The translations under genes and the position numbers were made by a program. Below, one piece after another: positions 37,544 to 46,275 of a stretch of 64,000 nucleotides of DNA. Position 1 is the stretch's first letter; the number at the start of each line of letters is the position of its first letter. The notes beneath the pieces are model-generated. The model was given only the letters and a program-made list of their open reading frames with translations. It was not told where the DNA came from and did no database searches. This DNA is from Gemmatimonadota bacterium (GTDB taxonomy: Bacteria; Gemmatimonadota; Gemmatimonadetes; Gemmatimonadales; Gemmatimonadaceae), in assembly GCA_016871895.1 (NCBI GenBank), contig VHBO01000001.1:192674-256673 (forward strand). Direction: 5' to 3'.

Positions 37544-40504
37544 CTAATGATCGCCCGACACCGCCACCGGGGAAAGCGCATCCACCCGGACCGCGCACAC
37601 CTTGAACTCCGGGATCCCGGACGGACCGTCGAGCGCCGGGTTCGTGAGCAGATTCGCCGCCGCCTCGCGGTAGTGCATCGGCAGGAAGACCTGTCGGCGC
37701 GCCACGCGCTCGGAGAGCCGGACGTGCACGCGGATGGTGTTCCGGCGTGACGTCACCTGCACTTCGTCCCCGTCGGCCACGCCGAGGTCGGCGGCGTCGA
37801 CCGGATTGAGCTCGAGGGTCGGCGTGCTTTCCCGCGCGTCGAGCGCGGTGCTGCGACGCGTCATCGTCCCGGTGTGCCAGTGATACATCTGCCGCCCCGT
37901 GTTCAGGAAGAACGGGAACTCGGCATCGGGCAGCTCGGCGGGCGGCAGGTAGGCCACCGGATGGAAGCGCGCGAGGCCGTCGGTCGTCGGGAAGTGGTCG
38001 GCGAAGAGGAACGCCGTTCCCTCGTGTGTGCCGTCGGGGACGGGATACTGGAGCCCGCCCACCCGCGCCGCGAGGCGGGCGTGCGAGACGCCGCGCCAGT
38101 TCGGCGTGACGCGCGCGATCTCGTCGAAGACCTCGGCGGCGGTCGTGTACGGCGCGTGGACGCCGAGGCGACGCGAGAGGTCGAGGACGATGTCGAGGTC
38201 GCCGCGTGCCTGTCCCGGTGGGTCGACCGCCTTCCGCGAGAGTTGGATGCGACGCTCCGTGTTCACGAAGGTGCCGTCCTTCTCCGCGAAGCTCGCGCCG
38301 GGGAGCACCACATCCGCGCACCGCGCGGACTCCGTGAGGAAGAGGTCCTGCACCGCGAGGAAGTCGAGACCGAGGAACCAGTCCTCGGCGTGCGCGACAT
38401 CCGGGTCGGAGATGATGGGGTTCTCCCCCATGATGTAGAGGCCGCGCACCGGCGACTCGTGGCCGACGATCTCGGTGACTTTCCGCCCGACCGTCGGGTC
38501 GAGCCGCTCGGGCGGGACCTGCCACGCCGCCGCGAAGGCGGCGCGGACCGCCGGATCGTCGACGCGCTGGTAGTCGGTGAAGGCGAAGGGAATCGCCCCC
38601 ATATCGCTGGAACCCTGGACGTTGTTCTGCCCGCGAATCGGGATCATCGGCGCGCCCCAGCGGCCGATCATCCCGCAGGCGAGCATCAGGTTCAGCAGCG
38701 AGGTGACGATGTCGGTCCCCGTATGATGCTGCGTGAGCCCCATTGCCCAGAGCGTCGCGGAGCGCGGGCCACGGGCGTAGGCCTCCGCGGCGCGACGGAT
38801 CGCATCGGCGGGGACACCGGTGATCGCCGCGGCCATTTCGGGAGTGTAGGGCGCCACCGCGGCGCGGACCGCGTCGAAGTCGCGGGTCCGGGCCGCGATG
38901 AAGGCGCGGTCCTCGAGCCCCTTCGCGAGCACGTGATGCAGCATCCCGTTCAGCAGGGCCACGTCGGTCCCGGGGATCATCTGCAGATGGACGTCGGCGC
39001 GGGCGGCGAGCTCGATGCGGCGTGGGTCGGCGACGATGAGCGTCGCCCCGCGCTTCAGGGCCCGCTTGAGCGCCGCGCCGAACACCGGATGGCTCTCGGT
39101 CGTGTTGGCGCCCAGCAGGAAGATGACCTCGGATTCGTATTCCACCTCGCGCATCGATCCGGACGCAGCCGAGGTGGCGAGCGCGCGTTGCATCGCGCTC
39201 ACGGAGGAGGCGTGACAGAGACGCGTGCAGTGGTCGACGTTGTTGGTGCCGATGCCCGCGCGGAAGAGCTTCTGGAGGATGTAATTCTCCTCGTTGGCGC
39301 ACTTGGCGCTCTGGAAGGTCGCGAGGCTCGATGGGCCGTGCGTGTCGCGCAGGCGCGCGAGTTCCTGGGCGGTGAGCTCGAGCGCCTCCTCCCACGTGGC
39401 CTCGCGGAACGGAGCGAACCAGTCGGGTGGCGTCGCGATGCGGTCGCGCGGGTCGCCGAGCGCCTCCTCGGCGCCGCCATCGCGCCGACGGAGCGGGTTC
39501 GTGCGCGGCCGATGGTCCTTCGCAGCGTGCCCCTCGTCCTCGACGGCGACCCACGGTCCGCCGCGACGCGGCCACGAGGCGATGTCAGGGTGCGACGGAT
39601 CGAAGCGCCAGACCCCGTCGGTCCCGCGGGTCCACCCACGGCGGATGAGCGGCGTGGTCAGGCGATCGCGATGCAACACGAAGTCGGTGCCGAAGCGTCC
39701 CTTCACGCAGGTCGATCCCTGGTTCGGCGTCTCCTCCTCGATCCACGGCGAGCGGACGCGCACCACCTGGCCGGCGTGCACCTCGAGGTCGAGCTGGCAG
39801 CCGACGGCACAGTAGGGGCAGACCGAGCGGACCGTCTCCGCGGGTGCCTCGAGCGTGCCGGCGCGCAGCTTCGCCATCGGGAGGATGTCGTGGATGGCGC
39901 CGGTCGGGCAGACGCGGACGCACTCGCCGCACCAAGTGCATCCGGCGTGCTCCGGATTCCCGTCGGCCCCGACGATGATCGCCGTGCCCTCGCCGCGCTC
40001 CGCGACCTCGAGCACGCCGACCACCTGGATATCCTCGCAGGCTCGCACGCAGCGGGTGCAGAGGATGCAGGTGCTCATGTCGTGCGTGATGATGGGATCG
40101 GATGGGCGTTCGTCGCCCGCGCGCAGCGGGAGCGCGCCGGAGCGGGTGCGCGGCACGTCGTAGCGATGGACGAGCGCCTCGAATTCGTTGCGGCCGCCGT
40201 TGGCGGGGATCGTCTCCGCGGGGTAGCGCTCGAGGAGGAGCGAGAGGACCGCGCGGCGATTCTCGACGGCAGCGTGCGATTCGGTGTGCACCACCATCCC
40301 ATCGGCGGCGGGCGTCGCGCACGCGGGGAGCAACTTTTTCTCCCCCTCGACGGAGACGAGACAGATGCGGCAGTTGCCGACTGTCGGGAGCTTTGGATAC
40401 CAGCAGAGGGTTGGCACCTCGATGCCCGCGCCGCGCGCCGCATCGAGGATCGTTCCGCCTGCCGCGACGTCGCATTCGCGACCGTCGATGATGACCCGCG
40501 CCAT
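37544..40504 (-). CDS. fdhF: Formate dehydrogenase alpha subunit (molybdopterin, Cys-type)
   Basis: Start reassigned to MARVIIDG (40504); 2Fe-2S C-x10-C-x2-C-x13-C; CILCTRCVRAC, CTWCGECVRVCP, CPYCAVGC..CVKG; active site RLCH; IRGQNNVQG. Confidence 0.9.
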   Translation of the reverse strand: MARVIIDGRECDVAAGGTILDAARGAGIEVPTLCWYPKLPTVGNCRICLVSVEGEKKLLPACATPAADGMVVHTESHAAVENRRAVLSLLLERYPAETIPANGGRNEFEALVHRYDVPRTRSGALPLRAGDERPSDPIITHDMSTCILCTRCVRACEDIQVVGVLEVAERGEGTAIIVGADGNPEHAGCTWCGECVRVCPTGAIHDILPMAKLRAGTLEAPAETVRSVCPYCAVGCQLDLEVHAGQVVRVRSPWIEEETPNQGSTCVKGRFGTDFVLHRDRLTTPLIRRGWTRGTDGVWRFDPSHPDIASWPRRGGPWVAVEDEGHAAKDHRPRTNPLRRRDGGAEEALGDPRDRIATPPDWFAPFREATWEEALELTAQELARLRDTHGPSSLATFQSAKCANEENYILQKLFRAGIGTNNVDHCTRLCHASSVSAMQRALATSAASGSMREVEYESEVIFLLGANTTESHPVFGAALKRALKRGATLIVADPRRIELAARADVHLQMIPGTDVALLNGMLHHVLAKGLEDRAFIAARTRDFDAVRAAVAPYTPEMAAAITGVPADAIRRAAEAYARGPRSATLWAMGLTQHHTGTDIVTSLLNLMLACGMIGRWGAPMIPIRGQNNVQGSSDMGAIPFAFTDYQRVDDPAVRAAFAAAWQVPPERLDPTVGRKVTEIVGHESPVRGLYIMGENPIISDPDVAHAEDWFLGLDFLAVQDLFLTESARCADVVLPGASFAEKDGTFVNTERRIQLSRKAVDPPGQARGDLDIVLDLSRRLGVHAPYTTAAEVFDEIARVTPNWRGVSHARLAARVGGLQYPVPDGTHEGTAFLFADHFPTTDGLARFHPVAYLPPAELPDAEFPFFLNTGRQMYHWHTGTMTRRSTALDARESTPTLELNPVDAADLGVADGDEVQVTSRRNTIRVHVRLSERVARRQVFLPMHYREAAANLLTNPALDGPSGIPEFKVCAVRVDALSPVAVSGDH

Positions 40505-40580
40505 CGTTGCACTCACGTCCGAGGGGTGCAGAAATGATCGCGGTGGCACGCGACGTTGGCAACGAGTTCGTCGCGAGGTG

Positions 40581-40609
40581 TTGACAGCGCGGACGAAAAG
40601 TCTTATGAA
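40581..40609 (+). promoter_or_regulatory. Putative sigma70 promoter for the small peptide gene
   Basis: Consensus TTGACA (40581-40586), 17 nt, TATGAA (40604-40609; imperfect -10). Confidence 0.55.
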
Positions 40610-40714
40610 GTGGGTAGGAAATCGTGATTCCAAACCAGCGGACGCGCTTTCCGGACCCACCGATCCACCGGGGGATCGGCCGGGACACACCACTCCTTTC
40701 AAGGAGCGAGTACC

Positions 40715-40774
40715 ATGGCTGCCAAGAAGAAGGCTGCGAAGAAGGCGACGAAGAAGGCCGCGAAGAAGAAGTAA
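40715..40774 (+). CDS. 19-aa Lys/Ala-rich basic peptide MAAKKKAAKKATKKAAKKK
   Basis: AAGGAG 8 nt before the ATG; all ten Lys codons are AAG; TAA stop; terminator follows; below the ORF-track cutoff. Confidence 0.8.
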   Translation: MAAKKKAAKKATKKAAKKK

Positions 40775-40795
40775 GCGGCTGTCGCGTTCACACGG

Positions 40796-40830
40796 GGGGA
40801 TCGGCTACGGCCGGTCCCCTTTGTGTTTTT
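40796..40830 (+). terminator. Intrinsic terminator
   Basis: GGGGATCGGC-TACG-GCCGGTCCCC stem (UNCG-type loop) followed by TTTGTGTTTTT. Confidence 0.85.
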
Positions 40831-40934
40831 CTGGATGGTGTGATGCGGACAGCTTCCGCGCGCTCGAAGCGCTGCGTGAAAGCGAATCAGTGCGAGAGCT
40901 CCTCGTCGAACTCGTGCGGCGAACTACCTCCGCA

Positions 40935-41099
40935 TCAGGCGGCGCGATTCGTCCCGCTCGCCTCGGCGTCTGGCGCGTCGTCCGGCACCGGGCCCCAGAC
41001 GTACGCTGAGAACCGCGGCGCAGGCTCGGGGGTCAGGCCGGTGGAGATGATGATGCCGATCGGTTCGTCGGACGCCGATAACTGGGTGATCTGGTCCAT
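40935..41099 (-). CDS. Putative 54-aa small protein
   Basis: MDQITQLSASDEPIGIIISTGLTPEPAPRFSAYVWGPVPDDAPDAEASGTNRAA; GAGGA upstream; AT-rich region further upstream. Confidence 0.45.
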   Translation of the reverse strand: MDQITQLSASDEPIGIIISTGLTPEPAPRFSAYVWGPVPDDAPDAEASGTNRAA

Positions 41100-41287
41100 G
41101 TCCGCTTCGTCCTCTGCTCAGGGACGGGCCGGCGGCTCGCCGACCCTTACGCACTTATCATAGAAGATAGGCGTGAGGGCTCTGCGGTCACCGTAGTGGC
41201 GCAAGTTGTTCTACTGTAACTATTTAGGCGGCATCCTCCCGATCGGATCAACCGGGGTGTCGCAGGATGACACACGGCGGAACGCCC

Positions 41288-42070
41288 TCAGGCCACCAAC
41301 TTCTTCGCCACGAAGGTCGATGTCGCGCCCGGCTCCGGGACGAGCGAGATCTGCCAGCCGGAGTCGTACCGCGACCGGAGCTCCTCCTCGCTCAGCACCG
41401 CCTGGCCCGCGATAATCGTCTCGATCAAGTGCACGCCCCCGTCGGTCGTCGCTTCCTGCAGGAGACGGAACACCCGTTCGCGCTCGATCGTCGAGAGCCC
41501 AGCGAATGCGGCCGGCGTGCAGATGACCGCGCCGAGTGGGCCATCGGGGGTGAAGCTGACGAGGTCCGCGGCGAACCCGCGCACCTTCTCCGTGAGGCCG
41601 TTGTCGCGCGCCATCAGCAACACCCGATTCACCACCGCGACCTCGGGTTCGATCGCCGTCACCTCGCAGCCGTTCGCCGCGAGGTAGAGCGCGGACCCCT
41701 CGATTCGCGCGCCGGCCACGAGCACCGATGAGGTCTGCCGAGTCATCGGCAGCGCGTGCGTCAGCGGGGTGTCGGGCCGGAGTCCCCAATGCTCGGGACG
41801 CTGGAGCTCGCTCGCGTTCCGTTCGCGCCGGCGTCGCCACGTCACGAAGGTTGGGAGCCGCAGCCGGCGCGCGATGATCTTGTCGACCTCATCGGCGAGC
41901 ATCACCTCGCGCATCCCGAGCTGCGCGCCCTCGTCGAGCGTGCGCGCCGCCTCTGCCGCGATGCCATACAGGAACTCGCGCGACACCGAGCTCTTGTAGT
42001 CCTCGACCTCTCGCTCCACGTAGCGCAGATACTCCTGGCGCAGCGATTGTGGATGCGACGAGAGAGCCAT
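41288..42070 (-). CDS. Hypothetical protein with degenerate class I SAM-methyltransferase-like C-terminal domain
   Basis: Start reassigned to MALSSHPQ; SVLVAGARIEGSALYLAANGCEVTAIE resembles TehB-type motif I. Confidence 0.65.
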   Translation of the reverse strand: MALSSHPQSLRQEYLRYVEREVEDYKSSVSREFLYGIAAEAARTLDEGAQLGMREVMLADEVDKIIARRLRLPTFVTWRRRRERNASELQRPEHWGLRPDTPLTHALPMTRQTSSVLVAGARIEGSALYLAANGCEVTAIEPEVAVVNRVLLMARDNGLTEKVRGFAADLVSFTPDGPLGAVICTPAAFAGLSTIERERVFRLLQEATTDGGVHLIETIIAGQAVLSEEELRSRYDSGWQISLVPEPGATSTFVAKKLVA

Positions 42071-42189
42071 GAGGGGCGCGTCGAGGGAACGTGGGGAGTC
42101 TCTGCACAAGCTACGTTCAATCGGCGATGCGACAACCCCTGCGCATCTCGACATCTTTCCACATCAGGCCATCGACTCGGAGGAACGTG

Positions 42190-42972
42190 ATGCCGGAGTT
42201 GCCGGAGGTCGAGGCCGCCGCACGGATCGCGCGCCGAGCCGTCGTGGGGCGGGCGATCGCTGCCGTCGACGTGCTGCACCCGAGCATCGCCCGTCGGTGG
42301 ACCCTCGCCGAGCGGCGGCGGTGCCGCGGACGCCGGATCTCGGCGGTCACGCGTCGTGGGAAGTCACAGCTCCTCCATCTGGATGATGGGTGCATCCTGG
42401 TCGTGCATTTCCGGCTCGACGGCGACTGGGTGGTCGACGCAGCCGGGGAGCCGCTCCCGTCGTTCGCACGATTCGCGATCCGGTGCACCGATGGGCGTCG
42501 CCTCGTCCTCACCGACCCCCGTGCGCTGAGCACCGTCACCGTGCACACGCCTGCGGCGCCGCCGACGTTCGCCCTCGGGCCCGAGGCGGATGATCCGACG
42601 CTCACCGCCGCGGAGCTCGGTGCCCGGCTCGCGGGACGACGGACGGCGATCAAGCAGGCCCTGCTTGACCAGCGCATCCTCGCCGGGCTCGGGAACATCT
42701 ACGCGGCGGAAGCGCTCTGGCGCGCGCGTCTCGATCCGCGACGACGCGTGGGCACGCTGGAGGCATCAGAGGTCGCTCGACTCCTCCGGGGCATCCGTGC
42801 GGCGCTCGCCGACGGTGTGGCACACCTCGGTCGCTACCGGACGGGCACGCGCACCGCCCCGTGGCGCGTCTACGATCGCGCGGGCAGCCCGTGTCGGCGA
42901 TGTCGCACCCAAATCGCGATCCTCACACAGGGAGGCCGTACGACCTACTGGTGCCCCGGGTGCCAGCACTGA
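42190..42972 (+). CDS. mutM: Formamidopyrimidine-DNA glycosylase
   Basis: Start MPELPEVE (42190); RRGK, LLDQRILAGLGNIYA, C-terminal zinc finger CRRC...WCPGCQ. Confidence 0.93.
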   Translation: MPELPEVEAAARIARRAVVGRAIAAVDVLHPSIARRWTLAERRRCRGRRISAVTRRGKSQLLHLDDGCILVVHFRLDGDWVVDAAGEPLPSFARFAIRCTDGRRLVLTDPRALSTVTVHTPAAPPTFALGPEADDPTLTAAELGARLAGRRTAIKQALLDQRILAGLGNIYAAEALWRARLDPRRRVGTLEASEVARLLRGIRAALADGVAHLGRYRTGTRTAPWRVYDRAGSPCRRCRTQIAILTQGGRTTYWCPGCQH

Positions 42973-43027
42973 CCGGTCCACCGTCACCGATCACGACGTC
43001 GCACCGGACTCGCCGCGGTCGCTGGCG

Positions 43028-44197
43028 TCAGTCCCCCGCCTCGAGGAGCGCGCCCTTCAGATAGCCCGTCTCCGGGATCGTGAGCACCTCGGGGTGGTCG
43101 AGCGGCTGGCCGGTGAGCGCGCGCAGCACGATGCGCCGGCCGCTGTCCGCCGCCGCCGCCTCGAGCATCGCGAGGAAGTCGTGGCGTCGCACGTGGTAGC
43201 TGCAGCTCGCGGTGTAGAGACACCCGCCCGGCGCGAGGAGGCGCATCGCGCGGAGGTTCAGGTCCTTGTAGCCCCGCAACGCCCCGGCGATCGAGGCCCG
43301 ATTCTTGGCGAAGGCCGGCGGGTCGAGCACGATCGTCTCGTAGCGCGCGCCGCGGCGTTCCTCGGCCCGGAGGAAGTCGAAGACGTCGGCCTCGACGGCG
43401 GTGATGTTCGTCCGTGCGTTCCGTGCGGCGTTCTCGGCGACCCGCTCCAACGCGGCGGCGGAGACATCGACCGCGGTCACCGTCGCGGCACGGGCGGCGA
43501 GGTGCAGCGCGAACGAGCCGTGATAGCTGAACAGGTCGAGCGCCGCGCCGCGGGCGATCCCGCCGACGAGCCGGCGCGCCTCGCGCTGGTCGAGGAAGGC
43601 GCCCGTCTTCTGCCCGGTGTGCGGGGCTGCGAGGTATCGGACGCCGTGTTCGCGGACCTCGATCGTCTCCGGTACGGCGCCGACGAGTGGTTCCACGACG
43701 CGCGCGAGCCCCTCGCGCGCCCGCACGCTCGCGTCGTTCCGCGCGAGGATCCCGTCGATGCCGGGGAGCGCGCGGAGCGCGTCGACGATCTCGGCGCGGT
43801 GCGCCTCAAGGCCCGCGGAGAGGAGCTGCACGACGAGCCAGCGGTCGAACCGGTCCACCACGAGCGAGGGGAGACCGTCCCCTTCGCCGTGCACGAGTCG
43901 GCACGCGGTCGTCTCGCCGTCAAGCAGCCCATCCCGCCGCGCGACCGCCGCGCCGATCTGTGTGCGCCACCAGTCCACGTCGAGCCGCCCGAGGGTGTCG
44001 CGGCTCACGAAGCGCAGTGCGATCTCCGAGGCGGGGCTCCAGAGTGCGGTGCCGAGCGGCCGCCCCTGCGGATCACGCACGGCGACCGCGCCGGCCGGGG
44101 CATCGGAGGGCGTGATCAGGTCGGACCGGAAGATCCAGGGATGCCCGCCCTGCCAGCGGCGGCTCCCTCGGGTCGAGATGACGGCGGAGGATGACAT
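43028..44197 (-). CDS. PUA-domain class I SAM-dependent rRNA methyltransferase (RlmI family)
   Basis: GHPWIFRSD, HGEGDGLPSLVVDRF, GQKTGAFLDQRE, LDPPAFAK, ETGYLK. Confidence 0.9.
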   Translation of the reverse strand: MSSSAVISTRGSRRWQGGHPWIFRSDLITPSDAPAGAVAVRDPQGRPLGTALWSPASEIALRFVSRDTLGRLDVDWWRTQIGAAVARRDGLLDGETTACRLVHGEGDGLPSLVVDRFDRWLVVQLLSAGLEAHRAEIVDALRALPGIDGILARNDASVRAREGLARVVEPLVGAVPETIEVREHGVRYLAAPHTGQKTGAFLDQREARRLVGGIARGAALDLFSYHGSFALHLAARAATVTAVDVSAAALERVAENAARNARTNITAVEADVFDFLRAEERRGARYETIVLDPPAFAKNRASIAGALRGYKDLNLRAMRLLAPGGCLYTASCSYHVRRHDFLAMLEAAAADSGRRIVLRALTGQPLDHPEVLTIPETGYLKGALLEAGD

Positions 44198-44278
44198 CCT
44201 CCAACTTAGCCCGTCTCGGCGCCAACTCGGTGCCATCTCGGTAGACGAACCCGGCGTCCGGCGTCATCTTCCGCCGAC

Positions 44279-44668
44279 GTGTCTCCGCTCTCGTCTCCTC
44301 TGCGCAGCGTCCGCGGCATCCGCGGCGCCACCACCGTCACCGCTGACCAGCCCGTCCTCATCCGGGCCGCAGTGCGCGAGCTGCTGGAGGCGATCCTCGA
44401 TGAGAACGACGTCGCGCCCGCGGATGTGATCTCGGCCGTCTTCACCGCGACGCCGGACCTCGTGAGCGAGTTCCCGGCGTATGCGGCCCGGCAGATGGGA
44501 TGGACCGATATCCCGCTCCTCTGCGCGCAGGAGCTTCCCGTCGTCGATGCGCTGCCGCGGTGCCTGCGTGTGCTGTTGCACGTGGAGACGTCACGGCAAC
44601 GGGGCGAGATTCGGCACCTCTACCTCCGCGACGCAATCCTGCTCCGGTCCGATTTGCAGGGCGATTGA
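44279..44668 (+). CDS. aroH: AroH-type chorismate mutase
   Basis: VRGIRGATT, FTATPDL..FPA, LPRCLRVLLH, HLYLRDAILLRSDL. Confidence 0.93.
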   Translation: MSPLSSPLRSVRGIRGATTVTADQPVLIRAAVRELLEAILDENDVAPADVISAVFTATPDLVSEFPAYAARQMGWTDIPLLCAQELPVVDALPRCLRVLLHVETSRQRGEIRHLYLRDAILLRSDLQGD

Positions 44669-44690
44669 CCGCGTCGGTCGCCGCCCGCGC

Positions 44691-45761
44691 TCAGCGCGGC
44701 GGTGCGGGCGATGGAGTGGGTGAGGGTTCGGTGCGCGCGAGGGAGTCCCGCCGCGCGACCGAGTCTCTGGCGATGGAATCAGCCCGCGCGATCGAATCGC
44801 GCCGCGCGACCTCGCGGACCATCACGATCGCCTCGAGGTGTTCCGCGTAGGTCTTTCGGAACTCGTGGTGTCCATCGGGATGCGCGACGAAGAATCGGTA
44901 CGGCACCGCGGCGGGGAAGAGCGTCGCCTTCAGACTCGCGAGCCCAGGCGCGGCGATTGGGCCGGGCGGGAGCCCGGGGTTCCGATAGGTGTTGTACGGC
45001 GAGTCGACCTTCAGGTGGCGCAGGAGCACGCGGCCGGGGCGCTGCCGCAGCGCGTACTGCACGGTGGGATCGGCTTGCAGCGCCATCCCGATGCGCAGGC
45101 GGTTGCGGTACACGCCGGCGATGATCGGGCGTTCCGCATCCTTCACCGCCTCCTTCTCGACGATGGAGGCGAGGGTCACCACCTCGTGGCGCGTCTGCTT
45201 GAGCGCCGCGAGTCGCGCATCCCAGGCAGGGTCCCAGCGGGACTCGAAGCGACGCACCATCAGCTCCACCGCCTCGCGGGCCGTGACGCCCTTCGGGAAA
45301 TCGTAGGTATCGGGGAAGAGATACCCTTCGGTGGTCTCGACACGCCGCGGGATGCCGAGGCGGGCCAGGAGCGCTGGATCACGGACCGCCGCCTCCAGCG
45401 AGTCGAGCGGGAGTTCGAGAGTCTTCGCGAGGACGGGGAGCGTCTCCCAGAGCGGCCAGCCTTCGGGGATTGTCACGCGGTTCATGATCTCCTCGCCCGT
45501 CTGCAGCGCGTGGAGGATCCCGTTCCAGCTCGCCCCGCGACGGATCACGTACATCCCGTAGCGGGTCGAGCGGTCCCGGCCGCGGCGTGCGGCGTAGAAC
45601 CCGAAGAGGCGCGGGAATCGCACCACCCTGTGGGCGGCGAGGGAGTCGGCTGCCTCACGGAAGCTCGAACCGGGACGGATCGTGAGCACGACCTCCGTGT
45701 CGTCGCCGGTGGCGCAGCCCGAGAGGGCGAGCGTCAGGGCGACCAGGAGGACGCGCGCCAT
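44691..45761 (-). CDS. mltG: Endolytic transglycosylase MltG
   Basis: VTIPEG, EGYLFPDTY, LASIVEKE, MALQADPTVQY, SPYNTY, GLPPGPI; start at 45761 or 45782. Confidence 0.94.
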   Translation of the reverse strand: MARVLLVALTLALSGCATGDDTEVVLTIRPGSSFREAADSLAAHRVVRFPRLFGFYAARRGRDRSTRYGMYVIRRGASWNGILHALQTGEEIMNRVTIPEGWPLWETLPVLAKTLELPLDSLEAAVRDPALLARLGIPRRVETTEGYLFPDTYDFPKGVTAREAVELMVRRFESRWDPAWDARLAALKQTRHEVVTLASIVEKEAVKDAERPIIAGVYRNRLRIGMALQADPTVQYALRQRPGRVLLRHLKVDSPYNTYRNPGLPPGPIAAPGLASLKATLFPAAVPYRFFVAHPDGHHEFRKTYAEHLEAIVMVREVARRDSIARADSIARDSVARRDSLARTEPSPTPSPAPPR

Positions 45762-45774
45762 CCCGACGCGACGC

Positions 45775-46275
45775 TCAGCCATCGGCGTGCTCCAAATCGA
45801 CGGTAGCGGCCCCGGACGCGAGATCGATCGCACGCGCGTCGGCGGAGGCGAAGGTGCGGAGGGCATGCTGCAGCAGGATCGTCGCGGCCATCGCATCCAC
45901 ATCACCCTTCCGGCCCCGCGTGGAGCCTTCCATCACCTGGACCGCCCGGAGCGCGGCGGCCGTCGTGAAGCGCTCGTCAACGAGTTCCGCCGGATGTCCC
46001 GTGCGCACCTGCAGCTCGTGCGCGAGGCGTCGCGCCTCACCGGCACGCGGCGTGTCTTCCCCCTGGGCGTCGAGCGGCAGGCCGACCACGAACCCCTCCG
46101 CCGCGAGTGCGGCGGCCTGGTCGAGGAGTGCGGTGAGCGGCGGGCGTTTGCCGGGGCGGCGGAGCAGGTGCCCGGCGGGAGACGCGATCATCCCGAGTGG
46201 ATCGCTCACGGCGAGCCCGATGCGGCGGTCGCCGAGGTCGATCGCGAGCCAGCGGCGGCGCCAGGTCGCCGTCAC
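45775..46275 (-). CDS. ruvX: Holliday junction resolvase-like protein YqgF/RuvX
   Basis: LAIDLGDRRIGLAVSD, VVGLP, VDERFTT, VDAMAATILLQ. Confidence 0.94.
   Translation of the reverse strand: MTATWRRRWLAIDLGDRRIGLAVSDPLGMIASPAGHLLRRPGKRPPLTALLDQAAALAAEGFVVGLPLDAQGEDTPRAGEARRLAHELQVRTGHPAELVDERFTTAAALRAVQVMEGSTRGRKGDVDAMAATILLQHALRTFASADARAIDLASGAATVDLEHADG

Noticed and set aside
39200-39240. Selenocysteine or SECIS in formate dehydrogenase
   Set aside because: The active-site codon is TGT (Cys); there is no in-frame TGA
40544-40560. Sigma54 promoter TGGCACG...TTGGC
   Set aside because: GG-to-GC spacing is 12 nt rather than the required 10
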